From: Antedon mediterranea
Lineage: Eukaryota; Animalia; Echinodermata
Assembly: GCF_964355755.1 (NCBI RefSeq)
Contig: NC_092675.1
Coordinates: 15,720,912-15,784,911 of the forward strand
DNA: 64,000 nt
Reading direction: 5' to 3'
Below, piece after piece: positions 58,844 through 64,000 of the stretch. The position numbers and the translations under genes were made by a program. A model generated the notes under the pieces. That model did no database searches. It saw only the letters and a list, made by a program, of their open reading frames with translations, and was not told the origin of the DNA. Each line of letters starts with the position of its first letter. Positions within the stretch are counted from its first letter, which is position 1.

Positions 58844-61143
58844 ATAAAAATAAGTGTTAGGCCAAACTTTATAACTCATAGTATCTAAAGAATATGTTTT
58901 ATGTAAATAAATGTAACTTTTTGTTATACCAGCTATGGATTAAAAACAATGTTATTGTTTGTGAACTTGTATAGTTTAAGCAACAATAAGTAAAGGAACT
59001 TAACATTGAGTAAGATATAGTTTGGTATAAGCTTAATATTTATATCATGTATACTTTCATTGTAAATTATTAAAGTTTTATTTAGAAATGCATAACTGCA
59101 TCCTCGTTTTCATTTATTTTCTTTGTATTCATAAAACCCCAATTTGATGATGACAGGATTCTTGGTACAGTGTTACATTCATATGCATCATATGTCACTC
59201 CTGTATCATAAACCTAGCCATGACATAATACAGTCATCACATGTGATACATATGTGATACTGGATATATAAAGCCATACGTGGCGGTAGACATACAGTAC
59301 ACAACATCGGGTGCTAGTGATGTATTGGCCTTCTCTATCCAAAAATATATAGGCCTAATATGTACGAATTAATACCACAGACTGTTAAATTATGGACGCG
59401 TAGGTCTATACAGATTAAAATGACAAACGCAGGTGGCGCTGTATATGATAATTATAAACTAATTACTTACACAAGATCTATTTTAGAAACTTACGTAATA
59501 CCAGGGAAGAGTGAAATTAAGTTTCCTTGTAATACTTTATTTAACGGTGAAGACATCTGTCGGAATGAGAAAAAGGTCCCTATTAAGATTCGAACCCAGA
59601 ATGCTTGATATGCTCCTCCAATAATTAAACTGGGGTGTCATGGAATAACATGGGAGATCAAAGTTTACATATTCTTAAGGTTAGCCACCGGCTATGAACA
59701 ATGTTCGGTCATGGTTACAACGTATATACACCTTCCGGGTCGGTTTCCTGAAAAGATAAAGCTATTTAAATACTGTAACCCCATAGAGGTATAAAAAGAC
59801 TTTGTATGTTTAAATGTTTTGGTTTTGAATAAGTGGAGATAAAAATGTTCATCAGAAAAATATATAGTTTTGTAAGTGTATTGCTTTTGCGTCTGCTGCT
59901 TAACACTTGTCAAACAGCCGCTCAATGTACCGGGTAAGAACATCTTTCATTTATATCTCCACTGTGTACTGATTCAGGAAGCCTATTGTTGAACTGACAC
60001 AGTGTATTTCTTGTCAGATGGTAACTTTCTTATTATGAAACGTTGTATGGACAATAGGTGGGCCACATTATAGCTCAAAATCTCAATGTCCAACAGAATT
60101 TGAATTGAAATTGTATTATAGATAGGCCTACAGTGGTACTTAACTTTAATGGTTTCTTTAACGTCAAATGACCATTCTATTTTAAGTCGCTTGTATGGAC
60201 CAGGCCTAGCAGTAGTCCTATACTGTTATCAAACTCAGTTCATGAACTCTCAAACGAAGGAAACTCGGGTAATTTTACTTTTTATGCCTACAAAAAAAAA
60301 TTTCTTACTGAAATTATAGGCCTATTTAGTTGTTTTTGAGTACCACTAAACACAACAATAGCCAATGCTCCATTACTTACTCCGGTTCGGTTTTAATTTA
60401 CTCATTTTATAAAATATATTAGGCCTAAACTAGTTATTTTTTTAATCATAATATAAAGGAAAATCTCCTTATATATAATAAAGTGTTTGTTTTACCTCTT
60501 AAATATATTGTATATATTAATTGTATTATAATATAATAAGATGTCTTTCGGGTATGAAGCGTCTCACACAGAGCCAAAATAATATCTTGTACCTGCACTG
60601 TGTATGGACTCTAACCTTACGGTTTCATTAAACACATCATTCGATGCTATCCATTCTAAACTTCTTATTTTCAAACGTTTGCATTCCTCTCATTCTTCTC
60701 ATCCATTTTCTCTTGGTGACAAGGGAGGGTATTTTATATGCCTCCCCTGAGTTTATAGCCTCTCTACCCGAACTCTAACAGAATAGAATAATGACTACTG
60801 TCATAACTACGTTTTTAATCAATTTGTATCATCTTTTTATTGTCATTTATATATTTTAATTAATTGTACTTTAAAAAATGTAAATGAAGGAAAATGTGGA
60901 TTTCAACATCGAAATCAATCATCTTATGTATATACAATGTAAACTATATTAATTTATGGTACCTGATTTTAACAATGTATCATATAAATTAGCGAAAAAA
61001 CAATATGTTTAAAACTAATATTTAAATGTACACACATGTATAAATAGTTGTTGTTATACTTATAACAGAGAATAATAAAAGTGGGGCGAAGCCACACAAG
61101 ACAAAAAAAATATAAATGATAACATTTTCAAACGGTTTCTGGT

Positions 61144-61259
61144 AATGATTACGTTTCTAGTTAATAGTTAAGTTTCTAGTTAGAAATAGTTAAATTTCTA
61201 TAGTTACTAGTTAAGTTTCTAGTTAACGGTAAAGTTTTTAGTTAATGATTAAGTTTCTA
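61144..61259. repeat. Degenerate ~19-bp tandem repeat, about 6 copies
   Basis: Unit GTTTCTAGTTAATAGTTAA. Confidence 0.75.
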
Positions 61260-61478
61260 AGCCCAATTTAGTTATTCCTTAGTTTTGTCCAATTTATTAA
61301 TAACAAATATTAGTAATATTGCCATCACTTCAAAATAGATTTAAATTACATTTTTACGTATTTCTAAATGTTGATAACAACGGTTGCTCGTTTATGAATA
61401 ATAAAAAGGGAATTTCGTGTTCACGAAGCACGCGTCACTTACTCCCCGCAGATGTCGATTACGTGCATTAAAGGTCCC

Positions 61479-62704
61479 TGTTACAACAGTTAATGTAGAA
61501 AACACCAGCTAATGTCGAAACAACCGTTAATTTAGAAACAATCCACCGCTTATGTAGTAAAATCTCCAGCTTATGTAGAAACACCAACAGCTTATGTAGT
61601 AAATAAAAATCAACACCCGCTAATGTAGAAACTGTCAACAGCTTATGTTGTAACGAAAATTGCCTCCCAGCTTATGTAGTTACTATCGCCAGCAAATGTA
61701 GAAAATGTTATATATTTTACAAAAATGTCTAAATCATGTGCAAATGCATCGATCTTTACTTAGCTATCAGTCTTTCTACCTCTTGAAAGCAACCAACTTT
61801 ATAAAACGACCACACATCGTAAGCAACCATCTCTGTTAAGGGACCGCTTCTCATAATCGACCACCTCTCGTAAAGGATCACCTCCTCTCATAAGGGACCA
61901 CTTCTCATAATCGTCCATCTCTCGTAAGCGACCACCTCTCTTAACGACTACACCTCTCGTAAGTGACCACCTCTTTTAAGGGACCACGACATCTTTCTCT
62001 CTATTAAAGGACCGCTTCTCATAATCGTCAGTGACGACTCTTTTAATTAAGGACCACCTCTCTTAACGACCCCACCTTTCGTAAATGACGACCTCTTTTA
62101 AAGGACCACCGCCTCTATTAAAGGACTGTTTCTCATAATCGCCCATCGCCCATCTTATCATTGAACACCTCTCGTATGCGGCCAGCTTAACGACCACACC
62201 ACTCGTCAACAGCCTAACTTACCCAAAAAAATATTCATTGTAGAATTTAGAACAAATTAATTCCCTAAAGAACAAAGTGTATTTAATCCTTGTACCCTTT
62301 TCATCATAAAACAATTAATCAATGACAGTTTCGAGCAGAAATCAGCCAGAATCAACCTTAAGAAGTAGGCCTACCTGCTGGAACAATAGGATTTATAGAT
62401 AAGCACACAAATAGGGTGGTCATTTAAAAGAGGTGGTCACTTACGAGAGGTGTGGTCGTTAAGAGAGATAGTCGTTTACCAGAGGAGGTCGATTATGAAA
62501 AGCGGGAGAGGAAGTGATCACTTCCGAGAGGTGGTCGATTATGATAAATGGTCCCTTAAAAGATAGATGGTCGTTTACCAGAGGAGGTCGATTATGAAAA
62601 GCGGTTCCTTAAGAGAGGAAGTGATCACTTCCGAGAGGTGGTCGATTATGATAAATGGTCCCTTAAAAGATAGATGGTCGTTTTCTACATTAGCGGTTGT
62701 AACA
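61479..62704. mobile_element. Ginger-like non-autonomous element (TGT..ACA ends, 5-bp TSD GTCCC)
   Basis: TGTTACAACAGTTAATGTAGAAAAC pairs with GTTTTCTACATTAGCGGTTGTAACA. GTCCC lies at 61474-78 and 62705-09. It has GCTTATGTAG subrepeats and inverted GACCACCTCT arrays. Confidence 0.8.
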
Positions 62705-63010
62705 GTCCCTGTGATTATCTATATATAGTGTGCGCAATAAATATAGAATAAAGCCAAACAAAAAGAAGCTGAATTCCTAACCACTTGGAAATACATGTAG
62801 TGGTTATTACTGTATCTTTTGTATCTTTTTTTATGATTAAGAGAATTAGTTATAACAAAACATACCAAATGTATGCTAAATTTAAAAAGTCGCTCACTAG
62901 TTAGGCCTACCTTATCGATCGGTCGATAAACCGAATATTCAGTTAAAGTGAATTACATTGAGCCTATCATGGTTAACATGATTAATATACCATTTTAAAT
63001 TGTTTTATAG

Positions 63011-64000
63011 TAATTTGTCATGTATGGAAGACGAATATTCATCATGCCGCATAATATACAAGGATGAAGATGGGAACTACAAGTATAAAACACTGACAAA
63101 TGATAATCAATCAGGTAATAGTTAGATGATACCATAATCAATATCAACGATGAGTTATATACGGTACGATATCAACAACTTTATAGTTAATCTTCTTCGC
63201 CTTTGCAAAATATAATGTATTGTTAGCGTCATTGACAGATGATAGAGGAATTTAACTAAAGCTGCCAAAGTAGGCTACGTTTGGTGCAAACATTAACCTT
63301 TCCAATTGCATGTTATGCATGTGAAACCTGGATAAGGACTACCTCAAGCTGCTTTTTAAAAGATCAATGCATTTTAGGTATGGTGTTGGCGAAAAATGCC
63401 ACACATCACATGAAAAGTACCAATGTCACTACATTACAAGAAGTAAATGCAAATAACAATGTGCTGAACAAAATAAACTCAATAACACTATCATACTTTG
63501 GACATATTGGTAGAAGAGAGGCCACATCTCCAGAAAAGACACTTTCACAAAATTGAAGGTGCACGGAGACCACGACAACCAAAGTCAAATGGTTTGATAA
63601 AAAAAAAATTGTAATTGGACAATCTACACATATAATAAATCAACTTACTGAAGTTACTTGAAATCCATCATTGTAGTCACCAGCCGTCAGACATGACGGA
63701 ATCGAATGAATAAATTAGCGTCATAAACATCATCCCGCCAAATAAAGACATCTTACTAGATATCTTTCTAAAATCTATTTGTATCAACATTTTCCTACAG
63801 AGTTGGACGTATGCTACATATTGTTTTTCAAAGAAGAAACTTCGCAAACATGTTTAGAGACTGCTGAAGAGTGTGACATCAGAGGGGGAACAATCGTATC
63901 CTTGGATAGAAATGAATACAGAGAAATAAAGGACACCGTGTTAGACATACTAAGTGTTAATACTGAAAGCCGGTTTAATGCTATCAACAAAGTAAATGGA
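63011..64000 (+). CDS. Putative partial gene: exons 63011-63114 and 63801-end, C-type-lectin-like domain start
   Basis: AG/GT sites are phase-compatible. Translation: NLSCMEDEYSSCRIIYKDEDGNYKYKTLTNDNQS-E-LDVCYILFFKEETSQTCLETAEECDIRGGTIVSLDRNEYREIK..., open to the window edge. Confidence 0.5.
63240..63715 (+). pseudogene. Decayed 3' fragment of an RTE-clade LINE
   Basis: YACETW, INAF.VWCWRKM and LSYFGHIGRR motifs of the RTE ORF C-terminus, with frameshifts. Confidence 0.78.

Overview
AT-rich animal genomic DNA with spliceosomal introns, probably from an invertebrate deuterostome (inference from the Wnt8 and VDAC sequences). Four complete genes can be spliced together by hand. These are VDAC/porin (- strand, 8 coding exons, 284 aa, 18806-40022), two tandem TspanC8-type tetraspanins (- strand, 269 and 291 aa) and Wnt8 (+ strand, 6 exons, 327 aa). 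There is also a partial duplicate of one tetraspanin and two probable exons of a C-type-lectin-like gene running off the right edge. The rest is repeats: a 106-bp satellite, a full-length but broken CR1-group LINE split by a 3-kb foldback element, Helitron/Helentron elements, a SINE and many TIR elements nested up to four deep in VDAC introns. The most unusual signal is a set of probable transposon excision scars. (i) TA is converted to TA-GGCC-TA or TA-GGC-TA, shown by three filled/empty paralog pairs in the window; this would explain the strong excess of TAGGCCTA. (ii) 21-46 bp CA..TG micro-palindromes sit between 7-bp GTATAAN/GTANTAC-like duplications, the best with exactly 17 nt per arm, matching P-superfamily (Galileo/1360-like) staggered-cut footprints. 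All calls were made by eye; no database searches were run, so novelty is untested.
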